62,048 nucleotides of DNA, filler included, from Vannella sp. (GCA_023345925.1; 5 parts of 5 records of this genome joined end to end with filler, not necessarily neighbours in it); one strand, 5' to 3'. Positions 21,261 through 32,908 are shown, counted from the first letter of the whole stretch. Notes: generated by a model not told the origin, from the sequence alone. Program-made: numbers and translations.

Positions 21261-21451
21261 AGAAGGCAGGAGTGCATCAAAGATTAAACCAACCGCCGGC
21301 TCCATAGACGTAATTCTGTTCCCAAACGTAAAGTCAAGTCGGGTCAAGTCGCGCCGGGAACATTCCAAAAGAGTGACCAACTAAGTTGCTACGGTTCTTT
21401 CTTGTTCACCTGCAGAGTGCTTTGGAAGCCTGGAAGGATGGTGATTTATCA
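21261..21451. repeat. Diverged copy of 20011-20177
   Basis: Same blocks in the same order with small indels. Confidence 0.85.
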
Positions 21452-21455
21452 TGAG

Positions 21456-24400
21456 TTAGCCAAACATTCGAAAAGAGAGCGAGTTTTGGTTTGGGCCAAT
21501 TGCAAGGCGCGACGCATTCGGTCCTTTTCGTCTGGTTTGATGAGATTTTCTAGTTTGTATGAGAAAGAGGAGTGGGGAGAGTGGAGGAATAGTACCGGGA
21601 CGGATGTAGCCTTTGGCTTGTTCCAGGGATTCGTGCGAAGTTTCTGTTTCGTATCCTCCAAGAATGTCGCCTATAAAGAGGAGATCCACATACACTTGAT
21701 GAGCAGTTTGGCTATTCTTAGCCACTCGGTCACCAAAACGAGAGCAAAGGGAATGGAGATACTCAAAGCCTTGATCCACGATTTCTCGGAGAATGCTCTC
21801 TTGGGCTTTGGGGTCGCTTATCCAGCGACCAATCTGACCATGATTAGCAACCACACTTAGAACAAAACTCATTGCAAGGTTGTCAATATCGTGGCATTCT
21901 TCCACGTCTCTCTTGACACGAGAAAGAATGGCCAGCATCTCTTCCTCCAAAACAACTTTCAAAACTCTTCCTCGCGAACAACAATATTGCTCTACCAAGC
22001 CTCCTTCCGAGCTAGAAGCCAGTTGAAGAAAGCGTTTGACATCTTCTCGGGTTGTATCCGGGCGAACACCCCGACAAAGATCAGTAAACAGTTGTGGAAA
22101 TAAGATATCTCGAACCCCACTGATGCATTCAATCAGAGAGAGACAGAGCTCCTCGTTTGATGCTCCAATGAGAGTTCTGGATTCTCCAGTTACTGGTGTG
22201 AGAGCCGAGATTCGGGATAAGAAGCTCCGCATTGCCACCGTGAGGAGTTGATGGAACCCTTCCTGTTGTAGGACTGGTGTTTGAAGTGCATCGATCCATG
22301 GTGCCAGATGGCGGTAAATAGTCTCTTCCATCTCTGGAAACACAAGAGAGGGGTTGAGCACTTCTTCTCCTGTGTTTCCAGATAACTCTAAAGACTCCAT
22401 TGACTCTACAGCTACCAGCGAATGAGTATCAACGCAATTTGACTTGACTACACCAACCTGACTCCAGTTTGATAGATGCTTGATGTAGCATATCTTGTCT
22501 TAGTTTCTCTACAAAGTCCATTAACGGTACAGAGAAAACTTTAAGTTTTTCGGCAGCAGCAAGAGATTGTTCAGCTCTGTTCAAGGACATCAAACACCTT
22601 GGAGGGTCCTTCAAATCACTGAGTATAAGCTCTTGATCAAGTTCCTCTTTGCCAGAAAGTGCAGATCGACGAGAAGACTTGCGCTTAGATCTTCTCTTAA
22701 GGTCAGATTTTGAGGGTGATTGGTACAATTTCAGAGTGACAAGGGAGATAAAGTGTTGAACAGTCTCATTCACCAGAGCAAAAGGGTCAGGCAAAGGTGT
22801 CTGGGAAGGATTCTCCTTCAGATCGTTGACGTATCGCTCCACCAAGAAGTGGAATTCAAGAAGCTTTCGAGAGAATATACAAGAAGCACTATCAAGTTGC
22901 TCATGCACGTTATTAGACCTCACTGTAGGTGCTTCGAGCTCAATTGAAGGAGCTCCTTCAGACTGTTTGATGGGTAATAGAAGCTCTTGTGATACCAAGT
23001 TCAGTAAGAGCTCCTTTCGGTGCATCAAAAGATGGTGAAATGGTTCGCTTGCCATTGGAAAGGGTAGCTGACGGAGCAAGCGAATGGAGGTGTAATGATC
23101 CCTCCACGGCAAGTTCACATCATCCAAGGACACTAAGAGAGTGCGGTGCATGTCCTTCGCAACTGCTTCGACTTGCCTCATAATTGGAGTGTACATAGCT
23201 TGTGACTCGTCTTTTCCTATTTCCTTTGCTTTCTTGTAAGTCCTCATGGCTTTCTCAAAATCCCTTTGGTCCTTTGCCTGCTTGATGGAGAAGGGCAAAT
23301 TAAGGATAAAGCTGTTGCGTTCAAGAGTTTGAAGCATTTGGCGAAGTCGATCCGCTTCCTGACGACGCTGATATAACGGTCCGTACATCTGCTCTGCCAT
23401 ATTGCAGATAACTGAGTGAGAGGCAATCAGCTTTCCCGTTCCTCGGTCAGAAGAGAGCTCGTTATGCTCAATCTCCTCTCCAATAACATCAATTGTATCT
23501 TTGCAAGTGACATAGCGTTGGATGTTCTTTTGCACAAATTGCTTGAGCTGGACTGTGTTCTGCTGGAGGTTTCCCTTTAAGAAAAGAGTTCCTCTTTTCA
23601 GGTCATCAAAGCTGGCATCCCCATGGATAGACCCGATGTACTCCTGCCAATCAAACTACTCTTGGAAGTGAATAAGAGTTCAAAGCACCTTCTGGGGATA
23701 GTCTGACCTTGTCTCCTGCCGGGCAGAAGATGTTTTCGATCAAGCTTTCAATCTCTTTCTCCTTTTCGGCAATGTTCAACCCTGCGACAGGTTGGGGAGC
23801 CTCTCCTTCTTCTGTTGGCTTTGGAGTTGCTGCTTGGAAGTCGTCTTTCATCTGCTGCAGACGCCTTCTTTTGTAGACGTTCAAGCGATCGACGATTTGC
23901 CTCGGTCTAGTCATCGTGTAAGAGCAGGAAGCTTCTCCCTCGGCTGGCTGTCTTACTTGAGGATGTTAAATGGGTCAATGAGGATGGCCTTGCGGTTTTC
24001 AATGACTTTTGCCTCCTGTTGAGACAGTGAGACATCGCCAGAGGGAGGAATCGGGGGAGAACCGTCGCACCATCATCTCCTTGAGCATGGCAACGTGGTC
24101 TGCCTCATCCTCAGAGTCGCTTTCACCGTAGGCTCTTCGTGCTTCGTCCCAGGTGCGAGGATCTGCTGGATCGTCCTCCTTAAAGAGATCTGTGGACATG
24201 TCAGCAGGCAGACGGTCTGGTTTGGGCTACCTTACCCACTCTGGTGGGCGCTTGGGCCTTTTTTGGGGCAGCAGGAGGGAATGATTCCGTGGGGATGTCA
24301 GGAAACTCCTCGTATTCGACCTCTTCGTCCCAAACACTGACAGGAGCGGCTTCTGGCTCGGGATAGTCTTCTTCCTCCTCCTCACCGTAGTCTATCTCCT

Positions 24401-24536
24401 CGTCCCACTCTCCGTCTCCTTCCTCATAATATTCCCCCTCCTCTTCCTCGTCCCATTCACCCTCCTCCTCATCCCACTCCCCTTCCTCCTCATAATACTC
24501 GCCCTCCTCTTCATCATAGTACTCCGCCTCGCTCAT
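21456..24536 (-). CDS. EXOC2: Exocyst component Sec5/EXOC2 with acidic N-terminus; spliced
   Basis: IH.DASFDDLKRG...LKQFVQKNIQRYVTCKDTID; FILNLP...DFEKAMRTYKKAK; 5' exons join in frame via GT-AG introns. Confidence 0.85.
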
Positions 24537-24757
24537 AAAGGCAACAAAGGAATAATCTCCTTCCCTGTCAGTGAAATCAAATAATACAACCCAAACATGT
24601 CCAAATAATCCATATCCGATCCAAATTGAACATATGGACGATAAAACGCATTAGTGGATGATGATTGGCGGGTCTGCTGGGTAACCTTTGGTACACATCC
24701 TATTTCAATGAGAGAATAAAGTCTATGAGCTGTTATGTATGAGGAAATTGGTGGAGT

Positions 24758-27444
24758 TCAAGGATGGAGATCTTCCGCGCCTCCAATAAATAAGTGATTA
24801 TTCTCGCAATGCCTTTTGCACTGCCGCATTCTGTGCCCTTTTGGTGAGAAGGATAGAAAAAGAAAAGAAAAACGAACCTCAATGAAACGAGGGAGCATGT
24901 CTGCAGTGATGCTTAATCCACAACTAAGAAGAGACAGCGATAAACCTGCTTGGGAGAGCCGAAGCTCCACCTCTTCCTCCGACTCCACCTGTTTGAAGAC
25001 GGTATCCAAGGCACTGCCATAGAACTTGATTGGAACCAAACATTTGGGATTGCTGAACTTAACCTTTTGCAAAAAGAGAAGGTCCTTCAATTCCAGAACG
25101 CCATCTCGAATGATGAACCCAACCAACTGCCCAGTAAACTTTGGGAGATTGGGAAACTCGGAGCTCTCCTCTTCGATGGTATCGCAGAAGCTTAGCAGAC
25201 CACTGAGCAAATTTGCTGAAGAGAGAATATCGTCTTTCTGGATCTTCACCAGTAAACTGGCGGCAAGCTCAATCAATGTGAGTTTGCGTGTTCCTGCAGA
25301 GACAATAGAGTGGACCAATATTGGGTGATAGATCTCTGTAGGGGCGCTTAGTTCCTCGATATACTGTTTGGCGTCATTCAAGTCGCGGATCTCAAAGTAT
25401 TCTGCCAGTAAATTCTCCACCGAGCGATCCGCTTGCTTTCTATCGAAGGTTCCATCTTCATCCTTTGCCTTTGTCACCTGCGGAGTATTCGGCAAGGGAG
25501 ATGAAGTAGAAATTGATCTACCAGCAATATCAGACCAAGTGATTAATGAAACATAGGAACATACCCCACTGAGGTGCTCTTCCGCTCTGAGAAGCCCTTT
25601 GATCCTCCCACGGAAAATGAGGCGCTGTTTTTCTTCCACTTTGAAGCACGAGGTTCTGTTGAAGTAGCTTTTGGTTTCATAGATGAACCTTTGTTTGGCA
25701 AGATTCGCCAACTTGACTTGCGAAGGTCGAAGAGGTCCATAATCATGAATCTAATCCTTGTCGAACAAGTTTCCATCCTTGAGTTCAATGTTTGGAAGAT
25801 AAAGTCAAGAGTCTCCTTGGATTTACCCTCCAGAATGTGGCCCAGTGAATTCAACATGTTGCACAGAGCCTCCAACGAGTCTTCTTCGGAGATAAAGCTG
25901 TTAGAACGGCTTAACAAGCCTTTTGCGCAAAACAAAGGCACATTCGCATTCAAAAGGGACCTTTCGTAGAGCTGGCAGATGAACCTGATATCTTCCAAAA
26001 GAGTCAGTTTTGACCTTCTCATTCGAGAGGCACTTACTCCCGAGATATCTTAGCTTCACCAAATTGTTACGCTCCTCTTCCGTGTAGTTTGCGTGAGAGC
26101 CAACGTTTGCATCCGCAATGGTCTTGAAGACTTGTTGAGCACGAGAAGCCAAACGGTCCATAAAGTTGATACCAGTCAAAGCTGGATCGCGTTTAATGCG
26201 ACTGCATAGCTCCGCATAAATGTGAGAGAATTTGCTTTCTTCCAGCGCTTTGTCGTAGAGAATATCCAAAAAGCCAGATAAGACTTCCATCTCTCCATCT
26301 TCTGATTTTGAGTATTTGGACAACTCTCCTATCAACTGAACGGCAATCTTTTCCAGGTTGTTTTTTGCTAACTTGTTCAAGCTGAGCTGCAATGGTTTGA
26401 GAGCAAGCACGATTGGATCTTCTGCTCCACTTCCACCCAATGCGCTGGGTTTCCACCTCGTGTCACTCTTGGGCAATGGCTTGACCTGTAAGTTTGTGAT
26501 GAGATTCGGAAAGCTCTGTCAGAGCGAAAGTACCTCTGATAGGGTCACCTGAGTGCCACGGGTACGTTGTGCGCGTCCTCCACCTGCTCCTCCTCCTCCT
26601 GCTCCTCCTCCTGCCTTATTTGCACCCCCTCCTCTTTTTGCCCCACGTTTCTTCCCTCCTTCTGCGCGTGTCTAAAGAGGGAGAAGTAAGTTGTGAGGAA
26701 GGAGGGGAAATGGAGTTTTCGCACGGTTTTCTGGGCATTCTTCTTGAGAATGGGGATGGATGAGTGTCTGAGATCCTCAGGCTCTTCCTGACATTCAGCA
26801 CGGGACTGGTATCGAATCAATTCTTCGATTGTGTAGGAACGAGATTCTTCTTCGCCTTCCTCTTCACCTTCCTCTTCCTCCTCTTCCTCTTCCTCTTCGC
26901 CTTCCTCTTCACTCTCTTCCAACATCTCTCCTTTCTTCACATTAAAAGAGAAGGCCCCTACGCCAGTCCAGCCAAGTAGTTTGGGACGTTCTCTTGTGCT
27001 ACACGAAAGGAGCTCTCCAGAGCTACTCTCTACGTGAAGACCAGAGAGAGATACGTTCACGGACATCTCTGTATCTTCATGGGTACCAGAGAAGTTGAAG
27101 GAAAGATCACCAGCCTCTGAACATCGGGAGAACGATAGGGAGAGGGAGACTCCTTTCCTGCCCTTTGGTACCATCACATTGAGTGCACCATTCTTCTTGA
27201 AAGGAACCTTTGCACCGATAGCTGATAACAAACTGTTCTGGCAGTCGTCAGTGACCACCAATCGCTCAATCTCCTCTCGAGAGAACTCCAAATGCTGCAC
27301 AATCAGCGTCCAAGCCTGCTGCATCTCTGGCACAGTAGCAGCACGAATCAGCAAACTCCCTGTTATCCTTTGCGAATCAAACGCGCAGTCCACGGCCACC
27401 TCCGTCACAGCCAGGCCCGCACCAGCTCCAGCCAGAAGCCGCAT
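24758..27444 (-). CDS. eIF4G-like initiation factor (4E-binding motif, MIF4G, MA3); spliced; alternative ATG at 27507
   Basis: YTIEELI (YxxxxLphi) at 26815-26835; LPKSDTRWKP; LNKL...KALEESKFSHIYAELC; RIRFMIMDLFDLRKSSW; LLAEYFEIRDLNDA (MA3). Confidence 0.88.
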
Positions 27445-27518
27445 CCGGCCAGACCTCCAAAAAATGATGAACGAAAGAAGGAACTCAAAGTAGACTGAAT
27501 TTAACATTTTATGAGGAG

Positions 27519-28443
27519 ATGAAGAGCTCGGCTCTCTTGAACCGGCTCCCGAACGTCTTTCTCGGTGTTCGGCCGCCTGTTGAGGTGGAGAATGCTCTGG
27601 TAGGTGAGTGGAGAGTGGTTCTGTTGGTGGTTGGCTCTAATGGTGTTGGATAGAGATCCAGCGCGAGTTGGGAGCTTACTTTGATTCAAAGATCATCAAT
27701 TGGCTGCCTCCCTCGGCATTCTACGTTCCTCTGAAGAGGCTTGGTGCGCTGAATCCAGCAGAGATCGAGAAACAGCGAGACTTGATCTCTGAGGTACTCT
27801 CTCGACCAGCCTTGTGCCAGCCTTTCCTCCTCAAAATGGAATCGCTTGAAGTAGCCCCTTCCTGGAACAAGCCCCGCACAGTAGGGACGCCCAAAGATGA
27901 TCCCTCTTGAAGCTGACACCCCGCAGCTCAACTCTACCATTCGAGCGACCCCAAAGGGCGCTGTCAAGAAGCTGATCAGCGCCCTGGACGAGCTGTCTAC
28001 CTCTCATTTGCTCTGGGAGCAGAACGATCTCTCTCTTAGCGAGGATAGTAAAGCTCAAGGATCCATCGCCCTGCGATGTTGCATAGGTAAGCGAACAGGC
28101 CTCGCCCGATCCACTCGATCTCATCGTCTGGGAAGGTGAATGGAAGAAGATCTACTCTCCTTCTCTCAAAGGAACGGCTTTCCGGTAGGTCTACCTCGCA
28201 CCAACCGTGGCATTAGCGTGTGGTTGACAGAAACAGTCAGGGCTGCTTGGGATATGCCCATTTTGCATCATTCGAAGGTGAGTGAGACTCATCGTTTCAA
28301 AGAAGTGGTTTGACAGGGGTTCAGTTCAAGAACTAGTTATGATGAGCGAGTTCCCCGCTCTCGACTATGAGGAACACCCCTCAGTGACCACCCTCCACTC
28401 CTTCTCTCTACTCCCTAGCACCACCAAACAACCACCAACATGA
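27519..28443 (+). CDS. 2H phosphoesterase (LigT/ThpR)-fold protein lacking HxT motifs; 6 exons, 228 aa
   Basis: Exons 27519-27603, 27654-27880, 27927-28086, 28136-28184, 28231-28277, 28325-28443 give one open frame: VFLGVRPPVEVENALVEIQREL...WLPPSAFYVPLKRLG...PFLLKMESL..AP...PRTL...FEVQELVMMS...LHSFSL. Confidence 0.72.
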
Positions 28444-28630
28444 TCCAATCATCAGACCAGAAGCGACAAACCCAAACAGACTGGAAGAGTCCCAAACCTC
28501 AAAGGTGTCACCACCAGCCAAACAAAAGGGTGAAATGCGACTTTCTATGCTAAAATACTATCAATGCGAAAGAGGCGCTGCATTAATTTTATGGTTTCTT
28601 TTATCTGAGGAGCACTTTTTCCGGTTCACC

Positions 28631-28978
28631 ATGAAGTGTTTGTTTGTCCTTGTCCTTCTGAGCTTTTGCTTGGGCACGTTTGCACAACAGAACGCTACTT
28701 GTGTAGGAGTGCGCTGTGCTGGTACAGCAAACTGTCCCAACCGCCAGTGCGTTGCGTACGACACCGACGAGCCTTTGTCGTGCTGTCCCCAATGTTGCAA
28801 CACAGCTTGTGTGCAATGCTTCATCAGCCCTTGCCAATCCCGCATCTGTAAATCGGACCCCTCTCTTGTGTGTGAATCGAACTATTGCGGTGGCTGCAAC
28901 CGCCTCTGGTACTCTGCCAAACTGCAAGGCTACGTCACTTGTCCTTCAGAAGGGCTGCAACCTCCCACCCGCAAATAA
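28631..28978 (+). CDS. Small secreted Cys-rich protein
   Basis: Signal peptide MKCLFVLVLLSFCLG; dense Cys including C..CFISPC...C.SNYCGGC. Confidence 0.75.
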   Translation: MKCLFVLVLLSFCLGTFAQQNATCVGVRCAGTANCPNRQCVAYDTDEPLSCCPQCCNTACVQCFISPCQSRICKSDPSLVCESNYCGGCNRLWYSAKLQGYVTCPSEGLQPPTRK

Positions 28979-29168
28979 AGGACCCTTATCGACCACCCCC
29001 TCATCAAGAGAAAGGGCACAACCTGCCACTTGCGAGGAGGAGGTAATGAGCAAAAGGGATCCCTTAGTGATCTAAAGCAGGGCAAGCTGATTCATCTTTC
29101 TTGAGAATACGTAAGAAGCTCGTTATTTCTTGCTTTTTTTCCCTCTCCTCCTCGGCCGGTCCGTCTTC

Positions 29169-30899
29169 ATGAACAAAGTGAATGTGATTATCATCGGCAA
29201 GCCTGGCGCAGGCAAGTCTTCTGTATCTCAACGTCTGAGTGAGAGCCAGGGCCTGGCAAACGTGGACTTTGGCATGTATCTCCGCTCCGTTGCTGCGGAC
29301 TCGTCCTCGCTTCTTGGTCGCTACGTGGCCACCTTTTGGTCTCGTAACAATCTAAAGGAGATTGGGTTCGAGTACTTTGACAAGGGTAAGAGCAAACACC
29401 TGCCCTCCTGCCCAATCTCTGATCGGCCGTTGACGTGTATTGCATGCAGAGTTCCAGAAGTGTGTGGGGGACCAGCTGAACTTCATTCTAAGCTCTCCCA
29501 AGGTACTGAGTGATGCTCGTGAGATCGATGAGCAGCTCATGGCCCACAAATTACAAGTGGACGTTATTGTCGAACTCGACGTTCCTTCTGCCATCTGTGT
29601 GGAGCGTGTGGGACAGAAGAAGGCCATTGGGTTCTCTATCCACACATCAGGTGATGATCAAGAGGACAGTGAGGCCTCCTACCCTGTGGAACTGCGGATT
29701 GAGAACTTTGAGAACCACGTTGAGGACCTCCGAACGTACTACCAGGCCCAACCTCACCTCACATACTTGAAGATTGACGCCTCCAAGGGCTTGGACGATG
29801 TCGTTGCCGATATCGGAGAGCGTATCAAGCAGGCCAAGCGAACAGAAGCCACCTGGGCCCACTTGAAGGTAGAGAAGGTAGAGGAGCCTGTTGAAGAGGA
29901 GGAAGCTGCAAACGAGAACTTCATTCGAGTCAACGGCACACGCCGCGCAGAGCTTGTCCAACTGATGCTGGATCTCGCGAACAACCCCAAACCAAAGATT
30001 CCCCTCACCCATCCCGTCCCCCTCTTTGGTGGTAACCTGTCGGAGCTCAAGAACCGCGAGTATGCCATCATCCGTAAGCTGAATGGCTTCCGTAGACTTC
30101 TTATCATTGATGCGGGGATCATCTACGCCGTCTCTCCTCAGTACAATGTCTTCCAATGTGTCGGCCTTCCCATGGCTGAGTCTCCTTCCCGTGACTGGAA
30201 CCGGAGTCTATTTGATGCCGAGATTGTCACTTCAAATGGAGAAGCAGGTTCCAAACAGTCTGTGTTCGTGCTGGACTGCCTGTGCGCCAGTGGGGACAAT
30301 GTCCGCAGCGAGAAGTTGTCTGTTCGCCTGGGACATGCCAAAACCTTCACAGATGACCTAAAGGAGTCTCCCAAAGAAGTTCAGCTCTTCTGCCAGACCT
30401 ACTACTCAATGAACCAGCTGCCTCAGGTCACCAAGCTTGGGCGCAATGGCGACCCTACCAGCTCTGTCCCTGCGGCACGGTTTACAGCTGACGGTCTTAT
30501 CTTTGTTCCAACAACACTACGCTACAACATCGGTTGCTCTCGCTTCCTGCTGGCATGGAAGCCCGTGTTCCTCAACACTATTGACTTGGCAATCTTCAAA
30601 GAGGCCAACGAAGACGGAATTCCGTGCCTTGCGCTCAAGTCGTATAACCATAAGGATGGTTCCTATCAGACCTGTGGAATGATAGAGCCTATTCCCGAGG
30701 GATTGGAGAAGCTGGAAGACACCACTGTGGTAGAATGCAACTGGCAAGGCAAATGGGTCATTCAAAAGGTCCGAAAGGAACGGGCCCATCCGAATGCGGA
30801 TTGGGTCATCAAAGAGGCAGTCGAACAAGCTAAGCAGCCTGTGAGTCCCCAAATGCTATTGGAAAAGGTACAATCCATCCTTCTTGCTGCCCGAAAGCC
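29169..30899 (+). CDS. Adenylate-kinase-like P-loop domain fused to mRNA guanylyltransferase (capping enzyme); intron 29386-29449; 3' end cut by gap
   Basis: IIIGKPGAGKS...VDFGMYLR...VIVELDVP...ERV...KIDASKGLDDV; GTase motifs KLNG, FDAEIV, VLDCL, DGLIFVP, AWKP, VVEC, RKERAHPN. Confidence 0.85.
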
Positions 30900-30999
30900 N
30901 NNNNNNNNNNNNNNNNNNNNNNNNNNNNNNNNNNNNNNNNNNNTTAATTAATTAANNNNNNNNNNNNNNNNNNNNNNNNNNNNNNNNNNNNNNNNNNNN
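30900..30999. other. Artificial contig spacer
   Basis: N44-TTAATTAATTAA-N44. Confidence 0.98.
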
Positions 31000-32908
31000 A
31001 CTTTCATCACTTTCGGCCACAAACCAATAGCTACGATTGGGAGTGACTAATTCAATGGCGTGTGGCCGAATTGCCGATGTCTTGGCATGAAGAGAGATAA
31101 GAGAAATGGAACCGGCCGGTTCGTCATCGAGTCTGTCCCTATAGTATTCAATCTGGTCGCTCTTCATGAGGACCCAGCGGTCCTTCCAGTCCTTAATCAT
31201 GTTATTTCCCATCTTCGAGAGCCACCCTTGCTTGGTCTCCTGTACAAGTGTGAACAACAGTCTTTCTTCTCTTCCAAGAGGACTTACAAATTCGCGCTTT
31301 GGGGCGCTCAACGGTTTAGATGAAGATGTGTCAACGGCAAGCCCTCTCGGTGATTCTTGTGGGAGGGCAGGTAGAGTAGATGGAGGACCAGGGAGGATTT
31401 GAATAGGCCGGGAAGGTGAAGCTCCCGCAGGAAGGGGGGGAGGACCCCTTGTAGACGGTGGTGGAGGAGGACCTCTGGTGGCGGGAGCAGGTGGTCCGGG
31501 AGAGGGAGGGGTGGGTTGTGCCGATGGGGGTAGGTTGGGCCGAGGGCCTCTAGCAAAGGGAGCAGGCGGCTCAGGAAAAGAAGGAGGTTGTTCAAATGTT
31601 GGGGCAGAGGGCTCCCTAATGGGTGCTTCCATTTGCTCCAGACAGTTTTGGCTAGCTTGGCGGATTGTTCGGATCCAAAAGTGCATTTCATCGGGACTCT
31701 CAGCAGCTACCCAGTAGCTTCGACTGGGAGTGGCTATCTCAATGCAATATCGTTTGTTCTTCCCTTCAGCCACTTTCGCGTTGCACGCTTCAAGGGGAAT
31801 ACATCCTAGTAACGTATCGATGGGGTCTCCGCCCTTCTTCTTATAGTAGGAGAGTACTGTTCCCTCAAGGATGAACCAGCGTCGCTTCCAGTCCTTCACG
31901 AGGTTGTTCCCCTCCTTGAGGAGATTCCCTTCGTGGTAGATTTGGTGTTGGACGGGGGAGGCAGGTTCACTCTCCATCCTTTGGGAAATGGCTTCTGATG
32001 CCATCTGTAGAGCAGCCATCCAGTTGCTCACCTCTGGATCCGTGTCTGCGCAGAAGAGGTAGGTCCTGGCGGGGGTGATCAGACCAAAGACGTGGTCCTT
32101 CTCCTCATTGGTCATTAACTTGACGTTAGAGTATAGTAGCTGGATGACTCCAATCGGTTGAGCGTCGCCTGGTGACTTGTAGTAGGACAGAAGGTTCTCT
32201 GAGAGGATAAAGTATCGCCGCTTCCAGTTCTTGTAGTTCCCTCCCTGCTTGTGGAGGAATCCCTTCTTCAAGGACGTGATATCTCCGCCCGCATTGATTT
32301 CTTGTCGTACTGTCAGAGGGGTGAGAGGAGGTAGACCCTCGAAGGAAGAGTCCTACCCTTTGAATGAACGGTTCCTTCGAGAGACTTGAACTCGGACTTG
32401 GAGAATGCTTTGTAAACATACTTTTCTACGATCCACTTCTCTCGGTCGCCACTGCCCCCCGTTAGAAAGACCAGCGCTTCAGTTGGCGCGGGGGTTCATA
32501 CTACGGGGACCGTGCATCTGGCTTGAATCGTCCACGAGTGTCTTCTTCCAATTGAGCGTTAGCTTTCTCATTGCCAAGCTGCATGAGCATCTTCATGGAG
32601 GGTAAGGAACGAAGGCTCAACGCAACCGGAGGAGGCTTTCTTCCTTACGGCAATCTCTGATGTGGTGAAGATTCCATCAATCGATTTGATAAGGGAGAGT
32701 TGTCCTCCCTTAAGTCCTTTATGAACGCCAGAGCAGTCTGTGCAGACTAAGACACCAAAGGTGGTGGACACCCATTTCGGGTCTGGGCCCTTTCGTCAGT
32801 GGCCTGTTACTATCTCCCCAACCATGCCTTACTCTTTGCTCCACAGTCAGCGCAAATGGGATTGCACCGTATCAACTTGGGCATCAACCCCTTGTCGCGG
32901 TTGCTCAT
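31000..32908 (-). CDS. ArfGAP plus at least three PH domains (ADAP/centaurin-alpha-like); spliced, 3' end cut
   Basis: NPICADCGAK|NPKWVSTTFGVLVCTDCSGVH; three K.G.L.K.G...K.WK.R.F-type PH domains; Pro-rich linker. Confidence 0.88.

Noticed and set aside
27686..28124. Minus-strand ORFs as possible extra eIF4G 5' exons
   Set aside because: Splice signals and a coherent protein are on the + strand (2H-fold gene)
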